The translations under genes and the position numbers were made by a program. Shown piece after piece: positions 45,828-55,679 of a stretch of DNA of 64,000 nucleotides (position 1 is its first letter; each line of letters begins with the position of its first letter). Origin of the DNA: Candidatus Nomurabacteria bacterium (GTDB lineage: Bacteria > Patescibacteriota > Minisyncoccia > Phycocordibacterales > UBA918); NCBI GenBank assembly GCA_023898525.1, contig CP060227.1, positions 493,634 through 557,633 on the forward strand, given 5' to 3'. The notes beneath the pieces are model-generated. The model did no database searches, was not told the DNA's origin, and saw only the letters and a list, made by a program, of their open reading frames with translations.

Positions 45828-45916
45828 GGAGAGATGGCTGAGTGGTTGAAGGCAGCGGTCTTGAAAACCGCCATACGTTTACGCGTATCGAGGGTTCGAA
45901 TCCCTCTCTCTCCGCC
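45828..45916 (+). tRNA. tRNA-Ser (anticodon TGA), class II
   Basis: GGAGAGA acceptor, anticodon stem GCGGT/ACCGC with loop CTTGAAA, long variable arm, T arm GAGGG-TTCGAAT-CCCTC, discriminator G, then CC. Confidence 0.75.
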
Positions 45917-45923
45917 GTTTAGA

Positions 45924-45950
45924 GCTAGCACGAGACACCTTATTTTAAGC
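45924..45950 (+). repeat. Direct repeat 1 of 2 (GCTAGCACGA-N6-TTATTTTAAGC) flanking the beta-lactamase gene; partner at 47083-47110
   Basis: The partner copy forms a 12-bp-stem terminator hairpin (GGCTAGCACGA...TCGTGCTAGCC + GTTTTT at 47082-47130). Confidence 0.55.
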
Positions 45951-46066
45951 CGTATTTCCGACTTTAAATTTGACAGTGTTTGAGGTGTTCAAAACTGTCT
46001 GTATTTCAGACATTCATAATTTTGAAAATAGCAACTCGTGTGTTTTTTGTTATAATTACTATTATT

Positions 46067-47020
46067 ATGAATACAAAACATGTCAGTATTGTAGTTTTAG
46101 TAGTGATTGCGTTAGGTTTATTTTATTATTTCTCACAAACCAACAACTCATCAAATTCTGAAACAACAACATCTGTAGAAAAACGAGACCAAGAAGACCT
46201 AATTAAAGGCATAACAAACATAGAAGATGTGTTGGGTGAGAATGCTCGAGTAGGCTTGTCGGTCGTAAATAGTGATGCGGATATAATTTTGCAGCATCGA
46301 GGTGATGAAAGGTTCCCTATGACGAGCACCTTTAAAACACTTGCGTGTGGTGTCGTGCTACAGAAGGTAGATGCTGGCGAAGAGTCACTCGATAGAGAGA
46401 TGTTAATAGGTGAAGAAGATATGGTTCCGTATGCCCCTGTCACGGAAAATCATGTTGGTGGTTTATTGACGCTGGGTGAGCTTTGTGAAGCAGCAATTAC
46501 AACAAGTGACAATGTGGCGGGTAACAAAATTTTGGAAACATTGGGTGGTCCTGAAGGATTTACGGCACTTTTGCGTAGTGTTGGAGATATTCAGACCCGT
46601 TTGGATCGTTGGGAAGTTGAGCTTAATGAGGCGGCTCCCGATGACCCTAGAGATACAACTACTCCAAACCAGATGAGTGAAACTCTACATACGTTTCTAA
46701 CAGGAAACACACTGTCTGATGAGTCGAAAAAACAATTGTCTGACTGGCTCTATGCACAGGCGGTAGCAGATTCATTGTTTCGTTCACGACTACCCTCAGG
46801 ATGGCAGATCGCAGATAAGTCCGGTGGCGGTGGATTTGGATCACGATCAATTGCTGCTATGCTCAAATTACCAGAAGGAGAAGCTTTCTTTGTTTCACTG
46901 TACATAACTAACACCGAGAAAGAAATGGCTGATCTTAATGTGGTGGTGGCTGATATTGGTGAAATGTTATTTGAATTCTTTTCAGGTAGTGAAGACTTAA
47001 CTGAGGCAGATGCGAAATAA
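46067..47020 (+). CDS. Class A (Ambler) serine beta-lactamase with N-terminal membrane anchor
   Basis: All four class A boxes are present: STFK, SDN, the omega-loop RWEVELNEAAPDDPRDTTTP, and KSG. The track ORF starts at 45980, but MNTKHVSIVVLVV at 46067 looks like the real start. Confidence 0.85.
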   Translation: MNTKHVSIVVLVVIALGLFYYFSQTNNSSNSETTTSVEKRDQEDLIKGITNIEDVLGENARVGLSVVNSDADIILQHRGDERFPMTSTFKTLACGVVLQKVDAGEESLDREMLIGEEDMVPYAPVTENHVGGLLTLGELCEAAITTSDNVAGNKILETLGGPEGFTALLRSVGDIQTRLDRWEVELNEAAPDDPRDTTTPNQMSETLHTFLTGNTLSDESKKQLSDWLYAQAVADSLFRSRLPSGWQIADKSGGGGFGSRSIAAMLKLPEGEAFFVSLYITNTEKEMADLNVVVADIGEMLFEFFSGSEDLTEADAK

Positions 47021-47143
47021 TCTGTCCAAAAGGTATACAGCTCGTGTAACGAGAGAAATTCCCTTACTCTCCGCCAGACTCGGCTAGCACGACTCGCTTT
47101 AATTTTAAGCGTCTCGTGCTAGCCGTTTTTCGTTATATGGTTT

Positions 47144-48502
47144 ATGTATATGACAAACATAAATCATGGGTCAATGGAAGTGGCGACCTTAGATAAACAA
47201 CTTCCGCAAATTAAATATTGTCTTTATGCTCGAAAGTCTATGGAAGACGAAGATAGACAGGCACTGTCTATAGACTCTCAGTTAAAAGAAATGAGAAAGA
47301 TTGCTGAGCGTGAAAATCTATTCATTTCAGCCGTTCGTACAGAAGCTCATTCAGCAAAGCTGTCAGGTCAAAGACCAGTCTTCAACAAAATCATTGAGGA
47401 AATAAGAAACGAGAGATTTAATGCAATCCTAACGTGGAATGCGGACAGGTTAAGCAGGAATGCTGGCGACTTGGGAGTTCTAGTTGATTTAATGGACCAA
47501 AATCAACTAACTGAGATACGGACATATAATCAAACATTTAGTAACTCACCAAATGAGAAGTTTCTTCTTATGATTTTGTGTTCACAAGCCAAACTTGAGA
47601 ATGACAACAAAAGTATAAATGTAAAACGAGGACTACGAATGAAGGTAGAAATGGGGTTATGGCCATGTATCGCACCCACAGGGTACTTAAATGATATGGT
47701 CCGTGGGCACGAAGGAAGAGTTATCGTTGATCCAGCACGGGCACACATCATTAGAAAAATGTTTGAACTAGTAGCTGAAGGCTGGACACAAAGACAGTTA
47801 CGGTTTTGGTTAAAAGATGAACTAGATTTCACCACCAGAACTGGCAAACATCTAAGTATGGGTAGTATTCAAAAGATTTTGAGTACGCCTTTTTATTATG
47901 GCGAGTTTGAATACCCTAAAGGTAGCGGTAAGTGGTACAAAGGTATTCACAAACCAATTATCACAAAAGAGTTATTCGATATAGTTAAAGCTCAAAATCA
48001 AGCCCGCAGAAAACAGAATTACATTTTCAGGAAAAATATTGCTTTCACCAAACTGATGAAGTGTGGTTTATGCGGTGGCAACGTAACTGCTGAGGAGAAA
48101 TTCAAAGCACTTAAAGACGGAACTATCGCAAGATACGTTTATTATGGCTGCACTCGATCGAAAGATGTGAACTGCAAAATTAAATACATCCGAGAAGAAA
48201 AGTTAATCGAAAAATTACGTGAGCTAATCGACAAAATATCTTTGGATGATTTAGGTCTTAGGGGTCAGTTTGAACAAGAGGTTGAGCGCATACATAAATT
48301 CAACTGTGATGTTATGGGAAAACCACCAGTTTACTCTGATGAGGAGCAGAGAGAAGTAGACATTAAGAAATACGTGAAGTATTTGCTCGCCTACGGAGAT
48401 ATAGATGAAAAAAGACATATTTTAATTAGTCTTAAAAACAAACTGATCTTGAAAGATGGCGAGGTGTATTTAGAAACTATTGATGATACTGAGGAAATTT
48501 AA
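47144..48502 (+). CDS. Large serine recombinase, paralog 3
   Basis: YARKSMEDED, LSIDSQ, ILTWNADRLSRNAGDLG. Confidence 0.85.
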   Translation: MYMTNINHGSMEVATLDKQLPQIKYCLYARKSMEDEDRQALSIDSQLKEMRKIAERENLFISAVRTEAHSAKLSGQRPVFNKIIEEIRNERFNAILTWNADRLSRNAGDLGVLVDLMDQNQLTEIRTYNQTFSNSPNEKFLLMILCSQAKLENDNKSINVKRGLRMKVEMGLWPCIAPTGYLNDMVRGHEGRVIVDPARAHIIRKMFELVAEGWTQRQLRFWLKDELDFTTRTGKHLSMGSIQKILSTPFYYGEFEYPKGSGKWYKGIHKPIITKELFDIVKAQNQARRKQNYIFRKNIAFTKLMKCGLCGGNVTAEEKFKALKDGTIARYVYYGCTRSKDVNCKIKYIREEKLIEKLRELIDKISLDDLGLRGQFEQEVERIHKFNCDVMGKPPVYSDEEQREVDIKKYVKYLLAYGDIDEKRHILISLKNKLILKDGEVYLETIDDTEEI

Positions 48503-48729
48503 TCGCCAACATTGAAGGCGACTTCAAGTACGATAGTGACCAATCGCTCCATACGCTCAGTATAGAAGTTGAAAATTGGTTCGGTGATAAAAGTTATTGC
48601 CCAAGTCCAAAAATTCAAAAAATTATCAAAATTCCATGTCACCAGACCATAGAGTATAGAAACACTAAAAAAGCCAATCACAAGCCATTTTAGGACTTTC
48701 TGGGGCCACCTGAATGATAAATCGTCCAT
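48499..48729 (-). CDS. Small two-TM membrane protein (MDDLSFRWP...), paralog of 31644..31904
   Basis: Last gene of the type I R-M operon. Confidence 0.5.
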   Translation of the reverse strand: MDDLSFRWPQKVLKWLVIGFFSVSILYGLVTWNFDNFLNFWTWAITFITEPIFNFYTERMERLVTIVLEVAFNVGD

Positions 48730-48766
48730 TTAGGCATTTTATGCTTCTGGGTACGATTAGCAACTG

Positions 48767-49510
48767 TTAGAGAATATGCACTCCGAAAGCTTCGAGTTTA
48801 TCTTTCTTTTTCTCCCACTTGGGATATTTCTCGTCTAAAAATGCGAAGAACTTCTTATCGTGATTTTTGTATCGCATATGACAAAGTTCATGAACAATAA
48901 CGTAGTCAATACAGTCTTTTGATACGTGTATTAGTTTGGGATTAAGAATGATTTTGTCTTTGTTCACAAAACTACCCCAACGACGCTTCATGTCCCGAGT
49001 AGTCAAGGCTGGAGTATGTTTGTAATCAAAACGCTCAAGCATCTCGTTAAATCTTTCTTCGAAAACACTTTGTCGTTTTTGATCAAACCAAAGCTTAACA
49101 AGTTTTTGAGTATGGACACCGTCACTTAATGCCTTAGTGGTGGAAACCATTAGTACTCCTCGCAGAAGAGAAACAGAATCTATCTCTCCCTTTCGAACAA
49201 TTAACTTATGCTGTCTGCCAAGGTAGTGGAAACTTTCGCCAGAAACATACTCTTTGGTATACGTTTTACGTTGGTACTTACCAAAGAAGTTCAGTTGTTT
49301 CTGTAGCCAAAACCATTTCTTTTTCAAGAATTGCTCAATTCTTTCATCATCAGCTTCATGTGGACACTTAACACAAATCCGCATATCCGGAGTAACGGTT
49401 AGGCTGAGGGTTTTTCTATCTTGTTTAATGAGGTCGTAGCAGTAGACGAATGAGCCAAAAATAAATTCTTTTTGCTGTTTAGGAGAAGATTTCATGGTTA
49501 TTCTCAGCAA
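48767..49510 (-). CDS. YgjP/DUF45 (M48-like, HExxH) metal-dependent hydrolase commonly linked to type I R-M operons
   Basis: VHELCHM motif. It overlaps the hsdR stop by 32 nt. Confidence 0.65.
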   Translation of the reverse strand: MLRITMKSSPKQQKEFIFGSFVYCYDLIKQDRKTLSLTVTPDMRICVKCPHEADDERIEQFLKKKWFWLQKQLNFFGKYQRKTYTKEYVSGESFHYLGRQHKLIVRKGEIDSVSLLRGVLMVSTTKALSDGVHTQKLVKLWFDQKRQSVFEERFNEMLERFDYKHTPALTTRDMKRRWGSFVNKDKIILNPKLIHVSKDCIDYVIVHELCHMRYKNHDKKFFAFLDEKYPKWEKKKDKLEAFGVHIL

Positions 49511-52500
49511 GCATAAGTGTATTGTTTATGATGGTTCGAATATCATCATTGGTAAGATCAATCTGCTTTTCAGTCTTTACTGTGTCGTAGAGGTAATCAT
49601 CAACCTTATTCATGATTTTTCTTTTCACATCTAAGTTTTTGTACCAATCAACAATAGCTTCTGCTTTAACGATATTGAAAATATCGAGGACTATTGTAAC
49701 GAATTCTTCTTCTGAAAGTTTAAAGTTGCCAAATGATTCTCTTAAGTTTCGATAAAACACATCTGAACCACTAACAGACTCAATCGCGGTTGGTAGACTG
49801 TCATCCTTTTTATTAACAACATCATCGCTAATTAGCTTCAATTGCTTAAGAGCAGCGATGTCAGCCATTTTGCCCTCATGCATTTTCTTTAAGATGTCTG
49901 ATATTTTCTTTGAGAATCGCTCGTAGAATTCAGGATCAGAATCCATCTTTTCAGTAATGTTCTTTTGAGTCTGTGCCGCAATCGCTTCTGCCTTAGATTT
50001 ATCTGATCCTAGTGTTTCGATTGCTTCCTCAAACTTTTCGCGATCAGTAATATTGATTTGTTTAGTTAAAAGCTCGACACTTTGGGCATCTACGTACTTA
50101 TCAAGAATCCCAACCAGTGATTGTTTGTATTCCGCCAAATCAACTCGGTCTGCATACTTCAAACTAGCAGTCTTTCGAAGCTCCATAAACTTCTTAAGTT
50201 CACGAGTGTACATATCGAGATTATCAAACTCATGAACAAAGTCTTGAAGCACAAAACACTCATTTAGATTTTTGATGAAAGCATTGAGAGTTTTGTAGAA
50301 AGTCTCTCGGGTCGGGGCATCATCCAGTAACTGTAAAAACTCTTCATCGTCAGATGAGCCTTTAATAGTTTTAAAGATGTCTTGAAGAAGACTGTAACTT
50401 TCTTCCAACTCCTCAACCTTCTTACTCACATCAACCATGGTGCCTTTCACGTCTTCTTCATCGTAGTTACCAAACAGCTTCATCGCTGTATCAATGTTCT
50501 TGGCATTTTCAGAGTAGTCGATGATATACCCTGCTGTCTTAGGCAACTTCTTATTTTCATGCAATCGGTTTACACGAGCAATTGCTTGTAAAAGGTTATG
50601 GTCACGCAAGTCTTTTGCTAAGTAGAGCACTGTATTTCGAGGGGCATCAAAGCCGGTCAAAAGCTTATCTACAACGATGATGATTTCGATTCCATCATCA
50701 TTGTATTTAAAGCTATCAATCACATCTTTTTCATACTTCGCTACACTACTGTGATTCTTTCGTACACTATCAAGGTACTTTACCACCTCAGCCTTATGGG
50801 TGTTTGCTTCGTCACCATCATCATGCTCGTCTGAAATAACTACTGCAGTACGAATTTTCGCCCTGTCTTGGAAGAACTTCTGAAACAAAACAGCCGAATA
50901 CTTTGAAGGAGCAACCAACTGTGCTTTAAGACCAGTATCTTGGAAATGTTCCGTGAAGTGCTTTTCAATGTCATACCCAATTTCAACAATACGCTGAGGA
51001 TTGTCTTTAATAACTTTAGTACTTATGTATTTCTGAATCTCTCTTTTTTGCTTTTCGTTTAAGTCTTCAGTAATTCGATCTACCTGTCTATCAATTTGCT
51101 CAGCATTCTGTTCCATTGGCACATAACGCCCCTCATAGATAAGCGGAAGAATGATGTTATCAGCCAGAGCATCATCAATCGTGTATTTGTCGATATATCC
51201 ACCAAACTTTTTCCAACTAGCCTTCTCTGACTTCATGAGTGGGGTACCAGTAAAGCCGATGTAACACGCATTTGGAATAATGCGATTCATCTCAAGATTG
51301 GCGATACCGCTTTGACTACGGTGTGCTTCGTCAATCAAGACGAAAATATTTTGATCGTCATCAATAAAGCCAGCCTTTTTCTTAGCTGCTGAATCAAACT
51401 TATCGATCACCGTTGTAATTACACCGAGGTTTTTATCCTTGATGAGATCAAGCAGGTTTTGTCCGCTGGTAGCCTGAATAACCTCTTTCTTGAGATTACA
51501 GTTTTTAAAGGTATCTCGAATTTGTTTATCCAAGTCTTTTCGGTCAGTCACAATTAGAACCCGAGGGTTGCTAATCTCAGGATTTTCAATCAGCGCCTTC
51601 ACGAACATGACCATTGTCAGTGACTTTCCTGACCCTTGTGTATGCCACACCAAACCACCTTTTCGACGAGTAATACCTGTATCAGTAGTCTCAGTTTCTT
51701 TAATGTGGTTCAACATTTTGCTGATAGCAAAATACTGCTGGTAGCGAGAAAGTTTTTTAACACCTGCATCAAAAAGAATGTAGTTCTTTGTGAGATCAAG
51801 TAAACGCGCAGGTTCAAAAAGCGACAAAATACCTCGATCTTGCTCAGTCGGTAACCGATTCAGTTTTTGCTTATGGCCAGTAGTGTATCCATTCAAATCA
51901 GTCAGTACTTGTTTGTATATTTCTGCATCTACTGGTGTTGCAATCAGCTTTTTAATCTTTGCGTCTAGTTCTTTTGGTGTTGTACCTTTTTCTTTCCAGA
52001 CAGCATAAAACTTATTTGGTGTACCAGTCGTACCGTATTGCAATTCTTTGCCATTTGTCCCTACAAGCAACTGGGTAAAGGTATACAGTTTTGGGCAAAA
52101 CTCAGGTCCCTGATTACGATTCATCTGATTAATCGCTTCAACTACGGGAACACTAGACTTTTTATTCTCAATAACTGCAAATGGGATACCATTTACGAAA
52201 CAAACGATATCAGGGCGAATGTTTTGCTTACCACTGGCCACATATTCAGCTGTGATATGGAAGGAGTTGTTTTCAGGATGTTCAAAATCAATAAAACGAA
52301 AGTTCTTTGAGACCGTCTTACCACCCGCACTCACCTTAATAGTCTTACCGCCCGAAGTTGGCATGATGATGTTGTAGATTTTTTGTGAAGTATCAATCAG
52401 GCCCTCGTACTGGATATGTTCAAGCTCTTCAATCGTGTCTCGAACGTCTTTCTCACTAAACTTGTATGATTTACCATCAACCTCATATCCGTTGATATCC

Positions 52501-52667
52501 ATCAATTTACGTTCAGCAATATCTGCCAGTATGAAATTGCTGGTGTCGCCACCACGTTCCTTGAGCACATCCTCAGCAGAAATGTATTGGTAGCCCATAG
52601 CAATCAGTAACTCAAGGGTGGTGAGTTGAGACTGTCGGGCTTCGTCAAAGTGTACTTTTTCTAACAT
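49479..52667 (-). CDS. hsdR: Type I restriction enzyme R subunit (second system)
   Basis: WHTQGSGKSLT, VLIDEAHRSQ; 1062 aa. Confidence 0.9.
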   Translation of the reverse strand: MLEKVHFDEARQSQLTTLELLIAMGYQYISAEDVLKERGGDTSNFILADIAERKLMDINGYEVDGKSYKFSEKDVRDTIEELEHIQYEGLIDTSQKIYNIIMPTSGGKTIKVSAGGKTVSKNFRFIDFEHPENNSFHITAEYVASGKQNIRPDIVCFVNGIPFAVIENKKSSVPVVEAINQMNRNQGPEFCPKLYTFTQLLVGTNGKELQYGTTGTPNKFYAVWKEKGTTPKELDAKIKKLIATPVDAEIYKQVLTDLNGYTTGHKQKLNRLPTEQDRGILSLFEPARLLDLTKNYILFDAGVKKLSRYQQYFAISKMLNHIKETETTDTGITRRKGGLVWHTQGSGKSLTMVMFVKALIENPEISNPRVLIVTDRKDLDKQIRDTFKNCNLKKEVIQATSGQNLLDLIKDKNLGVITTVIDKFDSAAKKKAGFIDDDQNIFVLIDEAHRSQSGIANLEMNRIIPNACYIGFTGTPLMKSEKASWKKFGGYIDKYTIDDALADNIILPLIYEGRYVPMEQNAEQIDRQVDRITEDLNEKQKREIQKYISTKVIKDNPQRIVEIGYDIEKHFTEHFQDTGLKAQLVAPSKYSAVLFQKFFQDRAKIRTAVVISDEHDDGDEANTHKAEVVKYLDSVRKNHSSVAKYEKDVIDSFKYNDDGIEIIIVVDKLLTGFDAPRNTVLYLAKDLRDHNLLQAIARVNRLHENKKLPKTAGYIIDYSENAKNIDTAMKLFGNYDEEDVKGTMVDVSKKVEELEESYSLLQDIFKTIKGSSDDEEFLQLLDDAPTRETFYKTLNAFIKNLNECFVLQDFVHEFDNLDMYTRELKKFMELRKTASLKYADRVDLAEYKQSLVGILDKYVDAQSVELLTKQINITDREKFEEAIETLGSDKSKAEAIAAQTQKNITEKMDSDPEFYERFSKKISDILKKMHEGKMADIAALKQLKLISDDVVNKKDDSLPTAIESVSGSDVFYRNLRESFGNFKLSEEEFVTIVLDIFNIVKAEAIVDWYKNLDVKRKIMNKVDDYLYDTVKTEKQIDLTNDDIRTIINNTLMLAENNHEIFS

Positions 52668-52673
52668 AGTAAT

Positions 52674-53843
52674 TTATTTAGTGGCTGATAATGATTTAAC
52701 TGTTCTAATATTCCCGTGAACCAGGTTTTCTAGTAAGTATTTTCTCTGTTCTCTTACAAGTTTTAATTTGTCTTTTAAGTTCTCTAGTTCAAGTTCGCAA
52801 GTTTCAAATATCTCAGCAATTTTGATTTGATCGTCAGTATTCTCTGGAAGACTTACCTTTGTCTGCAAGAATTGGTTTTTTGACAAATTATATCTACTGA
52901 CTCCCTGAGCTATTCTAAACATATGTTTCCTAAATGACTTACCCCTAAACAAAAAACGAGCAAAACGTGGCTCTAAAATATTTTGTTTTGGTCTAAACCC
53001 AAAACAAAAGCTGTTTAGCAAGACTTTATTTTTACTTTCATCTAAGAAAACTGAGGACATACCTACATCCTGTGGTGTTTCTGATGATGTGGTGAATATC
53101 AAATCACCATACTCTAAGTAATTCTGCTTCTCTCCTTTTTGGATAGAAACTAAACCATATTGATCAGGATGAATCTTTGAGTTTGAAAAAACATTCATGT
53201 ATGTGACATATGGTGTGCCAAAACCGAAGTCGTCTTTTGATTTTCCTGTAAGTCCAGTAAAGGTTACTCCTAATTGGGAGATGGTATAAGTTTTCCATTC
53301 GCTTTTTGAACCTGGTACTTTAATTCGTTCATTCAATACTTCTTCTAGTAGACCTTTCTTTGTTTGTTCCTTTTTACGAATAGTTCTTTGTAGTTCATTA
53401 ATATAGCAATCCCATGTAGTAAGGATTGAAACAATTTTCTCTTGTTCTGCAGTTGGAGGGAAATCAAAAGGTATTTTTTCAATAGTCGTTTTAGATAAAC
53501 TTGGTACGCCAGAAGCTTCGTTGTATTTAAGCCAATTAATTTTCTGAAAAACGTAGTTGATGTATTTAGCAGTAGTGTCCTTGAAGTTGTAGGTATAGAA
53601 AAGCGTATCTACTGTCCAAAATTTTCCATTGTAGTAAAACGGTTTGTTAATAGTTCCTTTTCTGCCAATAAAAACTGTCTCGCCTTCGTGCAACGGGGTA
53701 TCTACGTGACGCATTAAACCACCTGTTCCAAACACTGGAATATCTCCGTCTTTGAGATGCTTATGGTCTTTGCCACTTCCTATTTTCAGCACGTCGCCAA
53801 GCTTTTTTCGAGACCATCCTTTAACTAAAGTTTCTTTTTTCAT
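52674..53843 (-). CDS. hsdS: Type I R-M specificity subunit, full length (second system)
   Basis: Two TRDs. Its N-terminus is homologous to the hsdS at 24248..25390. Confidence 0.8.
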   Translation of the reverse strand: MKKETLVKGWSRKKLGDVLKIGSGKDHKHLKDGDIPVFGTGGLMRHVDTPLHEGETVFIGRKGTINKPFYYNGKFWTVDTLFYTYNFKDTTAKYINYVFQKINWLKYNEASGVPSLSKTTIEKIPFDFPPTAEQEKIVSILTTWDCYINELQRTIRKKEQTKKGLLEEVLNERIKVPGSKSEWKTYTISQLGVTFTGLTGKSKDDFGFGTPYVTYMNVFSNSKIHPDQYGLVSIQKGEKQNYLEYGDLIFTTSSETPQDVGMSSVFLDESKNKVLLNSFCFGFRPKQNILEPRFARFLFRGKSFRKHMFRIAQGVSRYNLSKNQFLQTKVSLPENTDDQIKIAEIFETCELELENLKDKLKLVREQRKYLLENLVHGNIRTVKSLSATK

Positions 53844-53844
53844 A

Positions 53845-54282
53845 TTACTTTTGAATTTTCTCTAAGTCAGCTGGCATATACCGCACCACGTTACCTTGCT
53901 TATCGACTGAAAAGACATGAAGCAAGAGCTTCTTGGCAATTTGATATGGAATACGTTTGATAGCCTTGTCGGCTGATTTTTTAGGCAGAGCAATACCGTA
54001 GTAGTAGCGTGTAGAACCAGAAGTGTTCATGCGAGTAATGATCTGGCCAAGTGAGTAAATAAAAGCCACCTCTTCACTTGAAGAATTATTTGAACCCTTA
54101 CACTCAATAAGGTAATAGCGTGAGTATCGTGTGTGGACCGCTTTAATATCGACTCCTTTCTCTCGTAGGGTAGCCACCTTAACTAACCGCCAATGATGTT
54201 TCGACAGCCATTCAATCACTCTTGTTTGCACAAAGTCTTCGGTGATGTCTCGTGAGGTATCTTTTTTCTTAGCATTACTCAT
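53845..54282 (-). CDS. Small PD-(D/E)xK nuclease-fold protein (Mrr/NERD-like)
   Basis: GVDIKAV...YYLIECKG fits D...ExK. Confidence 0.45.
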   Translation of the reverse strand: MSNAKKKDTSRDITEDFVQTRVIEWLSKHHWRLVKVATLREKGVDIKAVHTRYSRYYLIECKGSNNSSSEEVAFIYSLGQIITRMNTSGSTRYYYGIALPKKSADKAIKRIPYQIAKKLLLHVFSVDKQGNVVRYMPADLEKIQK

Positions 54283-54284
54283 AT

Positions 54285-55178
54285 TTAATTGTCGATAGCT
54301 ATTACTTGGGAAGGCACATTGTCACCGTTTTCCTTAGGTGCCATGATGACCTGCTTGTAGTGATTGCAGGCAGCGTTCAAATATTCCTGTAACTCGTCTA
54401 GATTAACAAGTCCGTTTTTTATATCGTCTGGATGTATGGCTATGATGAGTCTTTCACAAACATTAATTTGCTTATTAGCTTCAATGTAACTATCAATAAT
54501 CTCCTTGGCTGTCGTCATCTTAGTCAGCGACGCATTACGCCCATGGCCAGAATTTACTAGAGGAATTGTCACATATTTATTTCTACCCGATTCATTGCCA
54601 ATAAAATCCCAAACTGAAGCAAGCGAAGTAATCAGGTCATCAATACTTGCCTTAACACGATTGTTTTCTAGTTTGTGTGAGTTTGCTAGTAAATAAAATC
54701 TCTTATTGTTATTTTCCACCTCAACTGTCGTACCAATTGGATTTTCAGTATTTTGAGAAACTTTATCTTTTATATCAGCCTCTAAATGCTCGTGCCTCCC
54801 ACCGTAGTAGTCACAAATTAACTTGTTTTGTAGACTATTTGCCTTTGCAACGTTCCCGCCTAAAGTCAGGTCAAAGTGATCATTTATTGGTACTATCAAA
54901 GCACCTTTATTTTTAAATGCGTCTCCAACTTTAACTTCAATAAAATTATCTTTTTTGCGAATCCTGCTTGAAAAAGAAGTTTTCGGTTTATTCTTTAAAA
55001 TTGCAATAATAAAAATTAGCACCATTATTGGTAATGCAAACCACGGTTCTTTGAAAAGATGATCAACAACCCCGCTGGTCATGTAGCTACTCATCTCAAC
55101 GGCCAACCAAAATAAACCTAAGCCAGTTACTGTGTCAGCTACAATCAGTTTCCATTTTTTGATCCAGCGTAAAATCAT
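54285..55178 (-). CDS. thsA: Thoeris type II ThsA-like effector: N-terminal TM helices + C-terminal Macro domain
   Basis: ALIVPINDHFDLTLGGNVAKA aligns with the macro motif AIVNAAN-x6-GGGV, and SGHGRNAS with the second macro glycine-rich loop. Two N-terminal TM helices. Confidence 0.55.
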   Translation of the reverse strand: MILRWIKKWKLIVADTVTGLGLFWLAVEMSSYMTSGVVDHLFKEPWFALPIMVLIFIIAILKNKPKTSFSSRIRKKDNFIEVKVGDAFKNKGALIVPINDHFDLTLGGNVAKANSLQNKLICDYYGGRHEHLEADIKDKVSQNTENPIGTTVEVENNNKRFYLLANSHKLENNRVKASIDDLITSLASVWDFIGNESGRNKYVTIPLVNSGHGRNASLTKMTTAKEIIDSYIEANKQINVCERLIIAIHPDDIKNGLVNLDELQEYLNAACNHYKQVIMAPKENGDNVPSQVIAIDN

Positions 55179-55678
55179 AGTCCCAGATTTGTATATATCG
55201 AATTACCGTAATGGTATGCACCTGTCTTACCTTGTGCTCGATATGACTTGTGATCTTCTGGCCATTCGCGAATGGCTTTTGCCACAATTGATTTATTGAA
55301 ACTTACGTGCACCGCAAGTTCCCCAGTCAAAATGGCAGGACACAAATCATCCTTATCTCTTTTACCGTTTAGATTGACAACTACTATAGGAATGTCTTTT
55401 TTGATTGCTTGTTCGATTTCCCAGCGAACAAATTTGTATAGATATTTTGTGTTGTTACCCACCAAAAGTAGAAAGACACGGGTATTGGAAAGACGTTCCC
55501 GCAACTTTGCCTTAATTGTCTCCTCAGAAGAATAGGGCATTAGGTTGTTTAGATCATGTGCGTCATAAAAACCAAATGCACTGCCGTCTGTCTTTCGCCA
55601 AGCCTGCATTAGTCGGTAGTAACGAATATCGTTATCAGCATCAAACGCAACGTATGCTTTGTTAGTATAGGTGCTCAT
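55175..55678 (-). CDS. thsB: Thoeris ThsB-like TIR-like domain protein (DUF1863 type)
   Basis: KAYVAFDADND...RVFLLLVGNNTKYLYKFVRWEIEQAIKKDIPIVVVNLNG matches the MTH538 TIR-like pattern. It overlaps thsA by 4 nt. Confidence 0.6.
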   Translation of the reverse strand: MSTYTNKAYVAFDADNDIRYYRLMQAWRKTDGSAFGFYDAHDLNNLMPYSSEETIKAKLRERLSNTRVFLLLVGNNTKYLYKFVRWEIEQAIKKDIPIVVVNLNGKRDKDDLCPAILTGELAVHVSFNKSIVAKAIREWPEDHKSYRAQGKTGAYHYGNSIYTNLGL

Positions 55679-55679
55679 A

